The notes below the pieces were generated by a model. It was given only the letters and a program-made list of their open reading frames with translations, was not told where the DNA came from and ran no database searches. A program made the translations under genes and the position numbers. From contig URPD01000004.1 of assembly GCA_900549645.1 (NCBI GenBank), positions 1,421 through 65,420 of the forward strand: a DNA stretch of 64,000 nt, given 5' to 3'. Positions 48,084 to 56,440 of this stretch are shown piece by piece. This stretch comes from an uncultured Eubacteriales bacterium. Its GTDB lineage: Bacteria > Bacillota > Clostridia > Oscillospirales > Oscillospiraceae. Numbering within the stretch: position 1 is the stretch's first letter; each line of letters opens with the position of its first letter.

Positions 48084-48111
48084 ATTTTAACACTTGCTTT
48101 TCCGATTGCAA
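48084..48111 (-). promoter_or_regulatory. promoter (TTGCAA-16-TAAAAT) for the hgdA/hgdB-like operon
   Basis: -35 at 48111..48106 and -10 at 48089..48084 on the - strand, about 70 nt upstream of the ATG at 48012. Confidence 0.5.
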
Positions 48112-48156
48112 TATACAGTTGAAGCGTTTTTGATAAAAAGTTGTCGAAAAATGCGT

Positions 48157-48828
48157 TCAGCCGTTCCACTCGGTGGCCTGAGCGCGAAGCCAATCGCACC
48201 ATGCATCCACGCCCTCGCCGGTCTTTGCGCTTATCGGGAAGATTTTGATGTCGGGGTTGCGCATCTTCGCAAACTCCACGACCTTGTCCATGTCGAAATC
48301 GAAGTATGGCAGGACGTCGATCTTGTTAATTATCAGCGCGTCGCAGACCTGAAATATCAGGGGGTATTTAAGGGGCTTGTCGTGCCCTTCGGGGACGGAG
48401 AGTATCATGGCGTTCTTCGCCGCGCCCGTGTCGAACTCCGCCGGGCAGACGAGGTTGCCGACGTTTTCCAGCACGACGAGGTCGAGGTCGTCCGTGCCCA
48501 TCTCGTCGAGTCCCTGATGGGTCATGTCCGCGTCGAGATGGCACATGCCGCCGGTGTGGAGCTGGATGACATTCTTGACACCTGTGCGGGATATGCGCTC
48601 GGCGTCGACGTCGGAGTCGATATCGGCCTCCATGATGCCGATGTTCATCTCGCCCGAAAGCTTTTCGACGGTGCGGGTCAGGGTAGTGGTCTTGCCACTG
48701 CCGGGGGAGCTCATAAGGTTCAGCAGGAAGCAGTGCTGCTTACGCAGCTCCGCGCGCAGTACGTCGGCCGCGTCGTCATTTGCCTTGAATATGCTCTGTT
48801 TTATCTCGTAAACCTTGTAATCCGCCAT
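48157..48828 (-). CDS. hypB: hydrogenase/urease nickel-incorporation GTPase HypB
   Basis: P-loop LNLMSSPGSGKTT, CH motif region, SIMIBI GTPase. Confidence 0.85.
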   Translation of the reverse strand: MADYKVYEIKQSIFKANDDAADVLRAELRKQHCFLLNLMSSPGSGKTTTLTRTVEKLSGEMNIGIMEADIDSDVDAERISRTGVKNVIQLHTGGMCHLDADMTHQGLDEMGTDDLDLVVLENVGNLVCPAEFDTGAAKNAMILSVPEGHDKPLKYPLIFQVCDALIINKIDVLPYFDFDMDKVVEFAKMRNPDIKIFPISAKTGEGVDAWCDWLRAQATEWNG

Positions 48829-48841
48829 ATCTATCCTCCGA

Positions 48842-49186
48842 TCAGCAGGCGACTATTTCTTTTATGTTCATTTCCTGCCCCTGCTGGAGCCAAGTATGGC
48901 CGCTGCCGCAGTTGGGGCAGGTCTTGCCGTACTTCACGGTGGGGTAGGTCGTCTTGCAGTCGTCGCACCATGTGACAGCCGGGATTATCTCATACTTGAA
49001 CTCCGTATGCTCGATAAGCGGAGTCTTTTTCGCGTACCACTGCCAGCAGTCGCTGAGATATTCCGGAACTATGCCGGACACTTCGCCGAACTCCAGCGTG
49101 ACGGACTGGATGTTGGTGAGCTTGTTTTCCTTGGCTATCTCGTCGACCTGCTTGATGACGTAGGTCACTATGCTAAGCTCGTGCAT
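48842..49186 (-). CDS. hypA: nickel-insertion metallochaperone HypA
   Basis: 114 aa. MHELSI N-terminus (Ni site) and CxxC...CxxC zinc knuckle (CDDC...CPNC). Confidence 0.85.
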   Translation of the reverse strand: MHELSIVTYVIKQVDEIAKENKLTNIQSVTLEFGEVSGIVPEYLSDCWQWYAKKTPLIEHTEFKYEIIPAVTWCDDCKTTYPTVKYGKTCPNCGSGHTWLQQGQEMNIKEIVAC

Positions 49187-49249
49187 AACTTTCCTTTCTG
49201 AAAACAGGTGCGGGGATATCCCGCACCTGTCTGATCTGTTCCGGGATGA

Positions 49250-52018
49250 TTATTTGCCGGAAAGCTGCTTCTTGATTATCTTTACCTGACGCTTTGCAGC
49301 GTAGGGGCCGATGGCCTTGAACTTGTCCTCGGCGGGGATCATCTTGCTGTTCTGCGGGCGGTTGCGCTTGAGATGGATAGCGTCGAACTCACACTTGGTG
49401 GTGCAGATGCCGCAGCCGATGCACTTGTTCGGATCGACTACACTGCGGCCGCAGCTCAGGCAGCGGGAAGCCTCGGACTTTATCTGCTCCTCGGTGAAGG
49501 TCACGCGGTCGTCGCACATGGTGAGAACCTTTTTCTTGTCGATGACGACCTCGGAGCGGGCGGGCTTCTTTATCTTCTCTACGGGCAGGGCAAGATTTTC
49601 CTTGTCAAGCTCCTTGAACTCGCGGAGATTGCGGTGGATGGTCAGAGTCTGGCCGACGTTGACGTAGCGGTGGATGGACACTGCACCCTCACGGCCGCTG
49701 GCGATGGCGTCGATGGTGTACTTCGGGCCGGTTGCGCAGTCGCCGCCGACGAACACGTCGGGCTCTGCGGTCTGGAATGTGACGCCGTCATGCGCGATGA
49801 GGCGGCCGTCGGGAGTCGCGGCGGCGGTGCCGGCGAGGACTGCGCCGTACTCGGAGCGCTGGCCGATGGCGACCAGAACGTTGGAGCAGGGAACGGTGAT
49901 GGTCTCGTTCTCGTCATAAACGGGAGCGAACTTGCCGTTTGCGTCGCGCACGGAGACACAGCGCATAAGCTCTATGCCGGTGACCTTGCCGTCCTCGCCG
50001 AGGATGGCCTTGGGCGCCCAAGAGTTGTTGATGACGACGCCGTCGGCGATGCCTGCGTTCTTCTCGTCGGGAACGGTGGGCATCTCTTCGTCCTTCTCAA
50101 GGCAGTACATGTTGACGCTGCCGCCGGTCAGACGCTTTGCCGCGCGTGCCACGTCGATGGCCGCGTTGCCGCCGCCGATAACGATAACGTCGCCGGAAAG
50201 CTCCTTAGTCGCGCCGCTGTTGACGGAGCGCAGGAAGTCGAGACCGCCCTGAACGCCTGCCAGCTCTTCACCGGGAATGTTGAGCTTTGCGGCCTTCTGG
50301 AGACCGACAGCGACGTAGAAGGCCCTGAAGCCCTCCTCGCGGAGCTGCTGGATGGTGACATCCTTGCCGACCTCAACGCCGCAGCGGAACTCGACGCCCA
50401 TCTCACGCAGGACATCTATCTCGGACTTGACGATGTCCTTGCCGACGCGGAAGGAGGGGATGCCGTTGATGAGCATACCGCCGGGGGCGGCTTCCTTCTC
50501 GAATACGACCGGGCTGTAACCCTCGATGGCGAGGAAGTACGCACAGGACATACCTGCGGGGCCTGCGCCGATTATTGCGATCTTCTGGTCAAACTTCTCA
50601 TGCGTGCAGGAGTTCATGGCGGGCACGTAGCGGTGCTCGGCCTTCATGTCCTGCTCGGCGATGAATTTCTTTATCTCGTCGATGGCGAGCGGCTGGTCTA
50701 CGCTGCCGCGGGTGCATGCGTCCTCGCAGTACTTGCGGCAGATGCTGCCGCAGACGGCGGGGAAGGGGTTATCCTTCTTGATGAGCCTGAGAGCGTCCGC
50801 ATAGCGGCCGTCGGCGGCCATCTTTATGTAGCCCTGAATGGCTATGTGAGCGGGGCAGGCGACCTTGCAGGGCGCGGTGCCGGTCGGCCAAGTCTGGATG
50901 GAGCCGTTCTCGTTTCTGTAATTCTTGTTCCAGTGATCCTCGCCCCACTTGGTGTCATCGGGCAGCTCGTGGCGCGGGTACTGGATGGGGCCTTCCTTGG
51001 TGCAGAGCTTCTGGCCGAGGCGTACCGCACCGGCGGGACATGTCTCAACGCACTTGCCGCAGGCGACGCACTTTTCGGGATCGGTCTCGGCGGTGTAGGC
51101 GGAAGCGGAGAGGTTCGGGGTGTTGAAGAGCTGGGAGGTGCGCAGAGCGTTGCAAACGCCGACAGCGCAGTTGCAGATACCGAAGATCTTGTTCTCGCCG
51201 TCGATGTTGGTTATCTGGTGGACATAGCCCTTGTCCTCGGCCTTCTGAAGGATCTCCATGGCCTCTTCATAGGTGATGTCGCGGCCGTGGTTGGTCTCGC
51301 GGCAGTAGTCGGCAAAGTCGCCGACGCCGATGCACCATTCGCCCTCGATGTCGCCGGAGCCTTCGCCGCGGATGCGCTGCTGCTTACGGCAGGAACAGAC
51401 AGATACGCCGATGTGACCCTCGTACTTCTTCAGCCAGTGGCTGAGATGCTCGATAGGCAGGGACTTGCTCTCTGCGGGGATGGCTTTCTCAACGGGGATG
51501 ACGTGCATGCCGATGCCTGCGCCTCCGGGAGGCACCATCTCGGTGATACCGGCCAGCGGCAGGTATGCCATGCGCTCGAAGAAGTCCGCGGTTTCGGGGT
51601 ACATGTCGGACTGTTCGGGGTTTATCATCATAATCTCTGCGCTGCCGGGGACGAACATGTCCAGCACCCAGCGCTTCTCGTGGTTCGGGTTCTTGCCGTC
51701 GAGGTTTTCCCAGTGGAACTCGACAAGGCCGCTTTCGCTGACGGCCTGCATGGCCTTCTCAAGGTATGCGCGGTCAAACTGCGGGTTCTTCTTCGCAAGC
51801 TGCTCGATGGTAAGCGGCACGCGCTTTTTCATCGTAAGACAGATGTCGAGAATGTCGTCGGCCATCTTCTGGTCGTACTTGTAGGCGGTGTACTTCAGCG
51901 CGGAGTTGATGCCCAGATACTCAGGGGATTCGGGAGTGATCTTGTCCTTGCCGAGCAGTACGGTAGCCCGGTCGGTAATTTCCTTACCGAGTTTTGCGAT
52001 TTTTTCGTCTTTCGTCAT
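49250..52018 (-). CDS. large NAD(P)H-dependent flavin/iron-sulfur oxidoreductase: N-terminal domain + 4Fe-4S ferredoxin motifs + GltD-like FAD/NAD(P) domains + C-terminal ferredoxin (YgfK-like)
   Basis: 922 aa with CxxCxxCxxxCP motifs (CVACGKCVETCP; CIGCGICTTKCE) and dinucleotide folds IAIIGAGPAGMSCA and VIVIGGGNAAIDVA. A hairpin terminator (49193-49222) separates it from hypA. Confidence 0.7.
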   Translation of the reverse strand: MTKDEKIAKLGKEITDRATVLLGKDKITPESPEYLGINSALKYTAYKYDQKMADDILDICLTMKKRVPLTIEQLAKKNPQFDRAYLEKAMQAVSESGLVEFHWENLDGKNPNHEKRWVLDMFVPGSAEIMMINPEQSDMYPETADFFERMAYLPLAGITEMVPPGGAGIGMHVIPVEKAIPAESKSLPIEHLSHWLKKYEGHIGVSVCSCRKQQRIRGEGSGDIEGEWCIGVGDFADYCRETNHGRDITYEEAMEILQKAEDKGYVHQITNIDGENKIFGICNCAVGVCNALRTSQLFNTPNLSASAYTAETDPEKCVACGKCVETCPAGAVRLGQKLCTKEGPIQYPRHELPDDTKWGEDHWNKNYRNENGSIQTWPTGTAPCKVACPAHIAIQGYIKMAADGRYADALRLIKKDNPFPAVCGSICRKYCEDACTRGSVDQPLAIDEIKKFIAEQDMKAEHRYVPAMNSCTHEKFDQKIAIIGAGPAGMSCAYFLAIEGYSPVVFEKEAAPGGMLINGIPSFRVGKDIVKSEIDVLREMGVEFRCGVEVGKDVTIQQLREEGFRAFYVAVGLQKAAKLNIPGEELAGVQGGLDFLRSVNSGATKELSGDVIVIGGGNAAIDVARAAKRLTGGSVNMYCLEKDEEMPTVPDEKNAGIADGVVINNSWAPKAILGEDGKVTGIELMRCVSVRDANGKFAPVYDENETITVPCSNVLVAIGQRSEYGAVLAGTAAATPDGRLIAHDGVTFQTAEPDVFVGGDCATGPKYTIDAIASGREGAVSIHRYVNVGQTLTIHRNLREFKELDKENLALPVEKIKKPARSEVVIDKKKVLTMCDDRVTFTEEQIKSEASRCLSCGRSVVDPNKCIGCGICTTKCEFDAIHLKRNRPQNSKMIPAEDKFKAIGPYAAKRQVKIIKKQLSGK

Positions 52019-52181
52019 GGAATTTTCAAGCCTCCTGATAGATAAAACGGGGTTTGTTATTTAATTAATATTGCTGAGTGAACTGTACCTAATTTGTTGA
52101 ATATAGTCAATAAGTTAACATGATTTTTGGAATAACTCACAAAAAAACTGCAAAATATTTGCGAACAATCTTGATAAGAAG

Positions 52182-52210
52182 TTGACATTCACGGACAAAT
52201 CGCATAAAAT
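52182..52210 (+). promoter_or_regulatory. promoter TTGACA-17-TAAAAT for the tetR gene in an AT-rich divergent region
   Basis: ttgacattcacggacaaatcgcataaaat. Palindromic AT-rich elements (TTAATTAA) upstream are candidate TetR operators. Confidence 0.45.
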
Positions 52211-52240
52211 GTCCTTGAAATCAGAACATCGCAAAAGGGG

Positions 52241-52855
52241 ATGTTTTTCGTGCAGGATTCGTCATACCGGCTCAAAGAAAGCATTGCGAAATGCGCGATA
52301 GAGCTGTTCAAGACCGAGGGCTACAACAACGTCAGCGTCAACGAGATTTGCGAGAAGGTACCGGTTTCGCGCTCGGTTTTCTATACGGTGTTCAAGGGCA
52401 AGCGCAGTATTCTGGACTACGTTGTCGCAAAGCCGCAGCAGAACGACGAGGAGAGTTTCCGGAAATTCGCGGACGCGGAGAACGACTTTGAGCGTATCTG
52501 GCAGTTGTTTGACCGGTTCATAACGATCGCGCTCGACTTCGGCCCGCAGTTGACGAGCACGCTGTTTATCATGCAGTTTGAGTCGCCGCAGGGCATACGC
52601 GAGGCTGTCCACGCGCTGGACGATCTTTTTGCGACGCTTGCCAAGAACTGCGCCAAGTCCGGCATAATCGAGACCGAGGAGCCGCCGGAGCTGCTGTCGC
52701 GTATTGCGACAGACCTGATAATCCACGAGCTGTACGTCTGGTGCAGCCAGAACGGCAACTTCTCTCTGCGCGAGCGCGCCCGGCAGTACGCCGAAGTCGC
52801 GTACCATGTCAAGCCGCAGTACCGCATGACCCCCGCCCAGCGCGCGGAGCTGTGA
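52241..52855 (+). CDS. TetR/AcrR-family transcriptional regulator
   Basis: N-terminal HTH (GYNNVSVNEICEKVPVSRSVFYTVFKGK). Start probably GTG at 52250 (RBS AAAGGGGA). Confidence 0.75.
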   Translation: MFFVQDSSYRLKESIAKCAIELFKTEGYNNVSVNEICEKVPVSRSVFYTVFKGKRSILDYVVAKPQQNDEESFRKFADAENDFERIWQLFDRFITIALDFGPQLTSTLFIMQFESPQGIREAVHALDDLFATLAKNCAKSGIIETEEPPELLSRIATDLIIHELYVWCSQNGNFSLRERARQYAEVAYHVKPQYRMTPAQRAEL

Positions 52856-52863
52856 GGTGTCGG

Positions 52864-53643
52864 ATGGAGGATATAGATTTCAGAAAAGATTTGCTCGTTG
52901 GACTCTTTAAGGAGTACTGCGACAAATATGATGAGCTGAACGCAAAGTTTTCTGCCGTTCCAGTCGCAAAATATGAGTACTGTAACGGTGTGAAAAGTGG
53001 TATCTGGAGGGGATATTACAATCCAAGCCCAATAAGTGACATTGTTGTAGGCAATGCAAGCCGCGGCCGACGCGTAACGCATCCGAGGAAAGGCTGTCAC
53101 TACCGATACAGGTACTTATTTGATGAGTACGGGAAGCTGTTTATTGCCGAAGATTACGATGACCAGCCCAGCAAACCTGCTCCTATAATCTGTTTTGATG
53201 AGCGCGGGAGGCTGCGTTTTGCCGAGGATAACAGCAATCAGGCCGCCGTATCCGAGCCTGTACTCTGGCAAAAAGAGTTCCTTATATATGAAGGGCGGCG
53301 TGTCATTGCACCGGAATATGACATCGTATCTACGCCGGAGCTTGGGACAATAAGTGTCTGCGATTATAACGAACAGGGAAAAATACTCCGCTATGACAGA
53401 CTACATTGGAGCATACAGGGTCCGATAAAGTATCAGGATTTATCATCTGAGGTATATGAGTACGGTGAAAACGGGCTGTTGGAGTATGCATATTGGGGAA
53501 GGAGTTTTGCCGGCATCATAGAAGTAGATAAATATCACTTCAATCATGATGACGAAGGCCGAATGGTGAGCTATGATTTCTTTCGCAAAGACGGTAGCTT
53601 GGTAACATATGAGGTACCGAAGTCCAAAAGAAGAAATGTGTGA
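52864..53643 (+). CDS. hypothetical cytoplasmic repeat protein (degenerate YD/RHS- or YwqK/MORN-like repeats) in a low-GC patch
   Basis: 259 aa, no signal peptide. Recurrent motifs FDEYGKLFIAEDY / FDERGRLRFAEDN / DYNEQGKILRYD / YEYGENGLLEYAY / HDDEGRMVSYDFF. Local GC is visibly lower than the ~62% surroundings. Starts 9 nt after the tetR stop. A hairpin terminator lies at ~53660-53692. Confidence 0.55.
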   Translation: MEDIDFRKDLLVGLFKEYCDKYDELNAKFSAVPVAKYEYCNGVKSGIWRGYYNPSPISDIVVGNASRGRRVTHPRKGCHYRYRYLFDEYGKLFIAEDYDDQPSKPAPIICFDERGRLRFAEDNSNQAAVSEPVLWQKEFLIYEGRRVIAPEYDIVSTPELGTISVCDYNEQGKILRYDRLHWSIQGPIKYQDLSSEVYEYGENGLLEYAYWGRSFAGIIEVDKYHFNHDDEGRMVSYDFFRKDGSLVTYEVPKSKRRNV

Positions 53644-53739
53644 TAAAGTCTGATATATAATAAAGAAAGCACCGTGTTGCGGTGCTTTCTTTATGCCGTC
53701 GTCGATGAGCTAGCCCCAAACAACGAGCATTACGCAAAA

Positions 53740-53772
53740 TAAATGACCGATCTTATGATCGGTCATTTATTT
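53740..53772 (-). terminator. terminator downstream of the tRNA array
   Basis: aaataaatgaccgatc-ttat-gatcggtcatttatttt perfect hairpin with a U-run on the - strand. Confidence 0.65.
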
Positions 53773-53847
53773 TGGAGGCGCCACCCAGACTTGAACTGGG
53801 GAGTCGCGGATTTGCAGTCCGCTGCCTTACCACTTGGCTATGGCGCC
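53773..53847 (-). tRNA. tRNA-Cys (GCA)
   Basis: Reverse complement GGCGCCATAGCCAAGTGGTAAGGCAGCGGACTGCAAATCCGC...GGTGGCGCCTCCA. Anticodon loop CT-GCA-AA. Confidence 0.85.
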
Positions 53848-53889
53848 ATATGAGATTTGCGGGCGATGGTTGATGCCCGCAAATCTTTT

Positions 53890-53965
53890 TGGAGCGGCTT
53901 ACGAGGCTCGAACTCGCTACCTCCACCTTGGCAAGGTGGCGCTCTACCGGATGAGCTAAAGCCGC
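53890..53965 (-). tRNA. tRNA-Gly (GCC)
   Basis: Reverse complement GCGGCTTTAGCTCATCCGGTAGAGCGCCACCTTGCCAAGGTGG...GTTCGAGCCTCGTAAGCCGCTCCA. Confidence 0.85.
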
Positions 53966-53988
53966 AGAACTCATCGCATAGCGATGAG

Positions 53989-54064
53989 TGGTGCCTCCGG
54001 TCGGAGTTGAACCAACGACACGCGGATTTTCAATCCGCTGCTCTACCTACTGAGCTACAGAGGC
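53989..54064 (-). tRNA. tRNA-Phe (GAA)
   Basis: Reverse complement GCCTCTGTAGCTCAGTAGGTAGAGCAGCGGATTGAAAATCCGC...GGTTCAACTCCGACCGGAGGCACCA. Confidence 0.85.
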
Positions 54065-54079
54065 ATATGAAGTTAATTA

Positions 54080-54156
54080 TGGTGGGAACAACTGGACTCG
54101 AACCAGTGACCCCCTGCTTGTAAGGCAGGTGCTCTAACCAGCTGAGCTATGCTCCC
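54080..54156 (-). tRNA. tRNA-Val (TAC)
   Basis: Reverse complement GGGAGCATAGCTCAGCTGGTTAGAGCACCTGCCTTACAAGCAGG...GGTTCGAGTCCAGTTGTTCCCACCA. Confidence 0.85.
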
Positions 54157-54184
54157 GTCACAACGGCTTAGCCATAATACTAAA

Positions 54185-54215
54185 AAATTCGCATTTTGTC
54201 AATACCAATTCCGCA
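54185..54215 (-). promoter_or_regulatory. promoter (TTGACA-17-TATTAT) for the tRNA Val-Phe-Gly-Cys operon
   Basis: On the - strand attggtaTTGACAaaatgcgaattttttagTATTATggc, about 30 nt upstream of tRNA-Val. Confidence 0.55.
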
Positions 54216-54291
54216 ATTTTTTCACTTTATTTTGCCGGGCGGTGTTATCAGGCCAAGGCCGGGACGGCGATGGCCTGATAACACCGCATTA

Positions 54292-55179
54292 TCACTCCTC
54301 GACGGGCTTCGGCTGTATGGCCTCCAGCTCGGCGGGAGTGAACGTATACTCCGTGCCGCAGAACTGGCAGCCGACGGAGATGTCCTTGCCGTCCTGCGCG
54401 AGCTCCGCGAGCGCGTCGCTGCCGATGGAGGCGAGCGCGGCTTCAACGCGCTCACGGCTGCAATAGCAGCGGTACTCGATAGGCTCGGAACTGACGACAT
54501 GATGCTCAAAGCCCTTGAGCACCTGCCCGAACAGCGCTTCCGCGCCGTCCTCGTCAAGCACCGTTGTGACCTGATCCATCATAAAGATGTTCTCCTCAAG
54601 CCTGTCGATATATTCCTCAGGTGCGCCGGGCATGAGCTGCACGATGAAGCCGCCCGCGGCCTTGATGCTCTTGTCGGTATCCACAAGCACGCCCAGCGCG
54701 CAGGCCGACGGTACCTGCTCGCTCTCAAGCAGATACGCGGTCAGATCCTCGGCTACCTCGCCGCTGACAAGCTCCGTAGAGCCGACATACGGCTCGTTGA
54801 GCCCAATGTCACGGCTGACGGTAAGAGTACCGTCGCGCCCGACTATGCCGCCGACGTCGAGCTTGCCGTCCTGCCGCGTGGGGAGGTCGGCCGCGGGATT
54901 CTCAATATAGCCGCGCACGTTGCCCGCCGAGTCCGACACGGCGACGACGCTGCCCGCGATACCGCCGCCGTTTACGCGGAGAGTCAGTGTCGCGTTCTCT
55001 TCCTTCATCATGTTGCCCATCAGCGACGCCGCGCACAGCAGACGCCCCAGCGCGGCGGATGCGGTGGGGGAGCAGCCGTGGACGCTGCATCCGCGCTGCA
55101 CGGTGTCCTTCGCGGTGATGACCGCCATTTTTATATAGCCGTCTCCGGCGGTAGCTCTGATTATTCTGTCGTTGTTCAT
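54292..55179 (-). CDS. hslO: redox-regulated chaperone Hsp33
   Basis: Start MNNDRIIRATAGDGYIKMAVI at 55179 (RBS GAGGA). C-terminal zinc centre CYCS...CQFCG. The listed longer start is unsupported. Confidence 0.88.
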   Translation of the reverse strand: MNNDRIIRATAGDGYIKMAVITAKDTVQRGCSVHGCSPTASAALGRLLCAASLMGNMMKEENATLTLRVNGGGIAGSVVAVSDSAGNVRGYIENPAADLPTRQDGKLDVGGIVGRDGTLTVSRDIGLNEPYVGSTELVSGEVAEDLTAYLLESEQVPSACALGVLVDTDKSIKAAGGFIVQLMPGAPEEYIDRLEENIFMMDQVTTVLDEDGAEALFGQVLKGFEHHVVSSEPIEYRCYCSRERVEAALASIGSDALAELAQDGKDISVGCQFCGTEYTFTPAELEAIQPKPVEE

Positions 55180-55183
55180 AAAA

Positions 55184-55915
55184 TCATTCCTCATTTCTGG
55201 TTGAGACGATGAACATTCTGCCCGCGTCGCCCTGCGGACAGTCGCGCCGGAGCTGCACACCAGTGAACCCGGCGGCCTCAAGCAGCCGCTTCAGCGCCTG
55301 CGGCTCGTGCGCATATTCGATATGCTCCTCGCTGCCTCGCTCCCACAGCCTGCCGACGCGGCTGAAGATATCCATGCCGTAAACTATTGCGGGCAGCTCA
55401 TCGTCAAAGTCCGCGCGCCAGAGACACAGCACATCGTCCTTCTCGTCGACGAAGATATCCCCGTCCAGCGCGCGGAGCCATTCCGGCGTCCGGATGTCGA
55501 AGATGAGCAGCCCGCCGGGACGGACGAACAGGTGCAGCCGATGGAACACCTCCGGCAGCGCGTCGGGGGCGATGTAGTTCATCCCGTCGAGCGAGCAGAC
55601 CGCGGCGTCGACCGTGCCGTACAGGTCAAGCTCCGCCGCGTCCTGACACAGAAACAGCGGCGGGCAGGGAAGCTCCGCCGATTTCTCGCGCGCCTGCATC
55701 AGCATATCTACCGACGCGTCGGCGGCGATCATCTCATAGCCGCGCCGCGCAAGCTCGCAGGTGAGCGTGCCGGTGCCGCAGCAGAGGTCGAGCAGGAGGC
55801 GGAATTCGCCCCCGTCGCGGGCAAACTCCGCCTCGTAAAACTCTATGAATTTGGAATAAGGAACATCACCGGTCAATTTGTCATAGTACCCGGCGAGGGA
55901 GCCGTAGCAGCTCAC
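55184..55915 (-). CDS. class I SAM-dependent methyltransferase
   Basis: LDLCCGTGTLTCELARRGYEMIAADAS motif I/II. 243 aa. Confidence 0.75.
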   Translation of the reverse strand: MSCYGSLAGYYDKLTGDVPYSKFIEFYEAEFARDGGEFRLLLDLCCGTGTLTCELARRGYEMIAADASVDMLMQAREKSAELPCPPLFLCQDAAELDLYGTVDAAVCSLDGMNYIAPDALPEVFHRLHLFVRPGGLLIFDIRTPEWLRALDGDIFVDEKDDVLCLWRADFDDELPAIVYGMDIFSRVGRLWERGSEEHIEYAHEPQALKRLLEAAGFTGVQLRRDCPQGDAGRMFIVSTRNEE

Positions 55916-56208
55916 TTGTCCTCCTCCTTCATGCGGTCAAACACGATGGCATAGCCGCCGCTGCCGTACTGGAGCGAGCGGTTCACGCGGCTTATCGTCG
56001 CGCTGGACGCGCCGGTCTCGGCCAGAATGTCGTTATAGATCATGCCCTCGTTCAGGCAGGTAGCGACCTGATAGCGCTGTTCCATCGCCATAAGCTCGCT
56101 CACGGTGCAGAGATCGTCAAAGAAGCGCATACATTCTTCCACGGAGTTGAGGGAAAGAATGGCCTTGTACATGTTTTCATTGCGGGGTTTCCTAGGTAGC
56201 TTGTTCAT
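55912..56208 (-). CDS. TrpR-like YerC/YecD-family DNA-binding protein
   Basis: 98 aa. ...CTVSEL...TGASSATISRVNRSLQYGSGGY closely matches B. subtilis YerC. RBS GGAGG. Confidence 0.75.
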   Translation of the reverse strand: MNKLPRKPRNENMYKAILSLNSVEECMRFFDDLCTVSELMAMEQRYQVATCLNEGMIYNDILAETGASSATISRVNRSLQYGSGGYAIVFDRMKEEDK

Positions 56209-56440
56209 TTTCGCCTCCGGTTAATAGTCGCTGAATAAACGCGGGAAGCCGGTCTACTCAGCGACGGTAAATTTTTTGTTGATTTATCATATCCGTATGT
56301 TACATCACTAAAGGGAAAAAGTAAAGGGGGAAAACGTGAAGCAAAAGTAAATTATTTGTGATGCGCGACAAATACATCTTGCGAAAGGTGCGCGGGTATT
56401 ATATAATGTGTTTAGAATTTAGCGAGAGGAGGATGAAGCA

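Noticed and set aside
48157-49186. hypA-hypB as part of a hydrogenase maturation operon.
   Set aside because: No hydrogenase structural or other hyp genes are present in the window. They are annotated as orphan Ni-chaperone genes and noted under findings instead.
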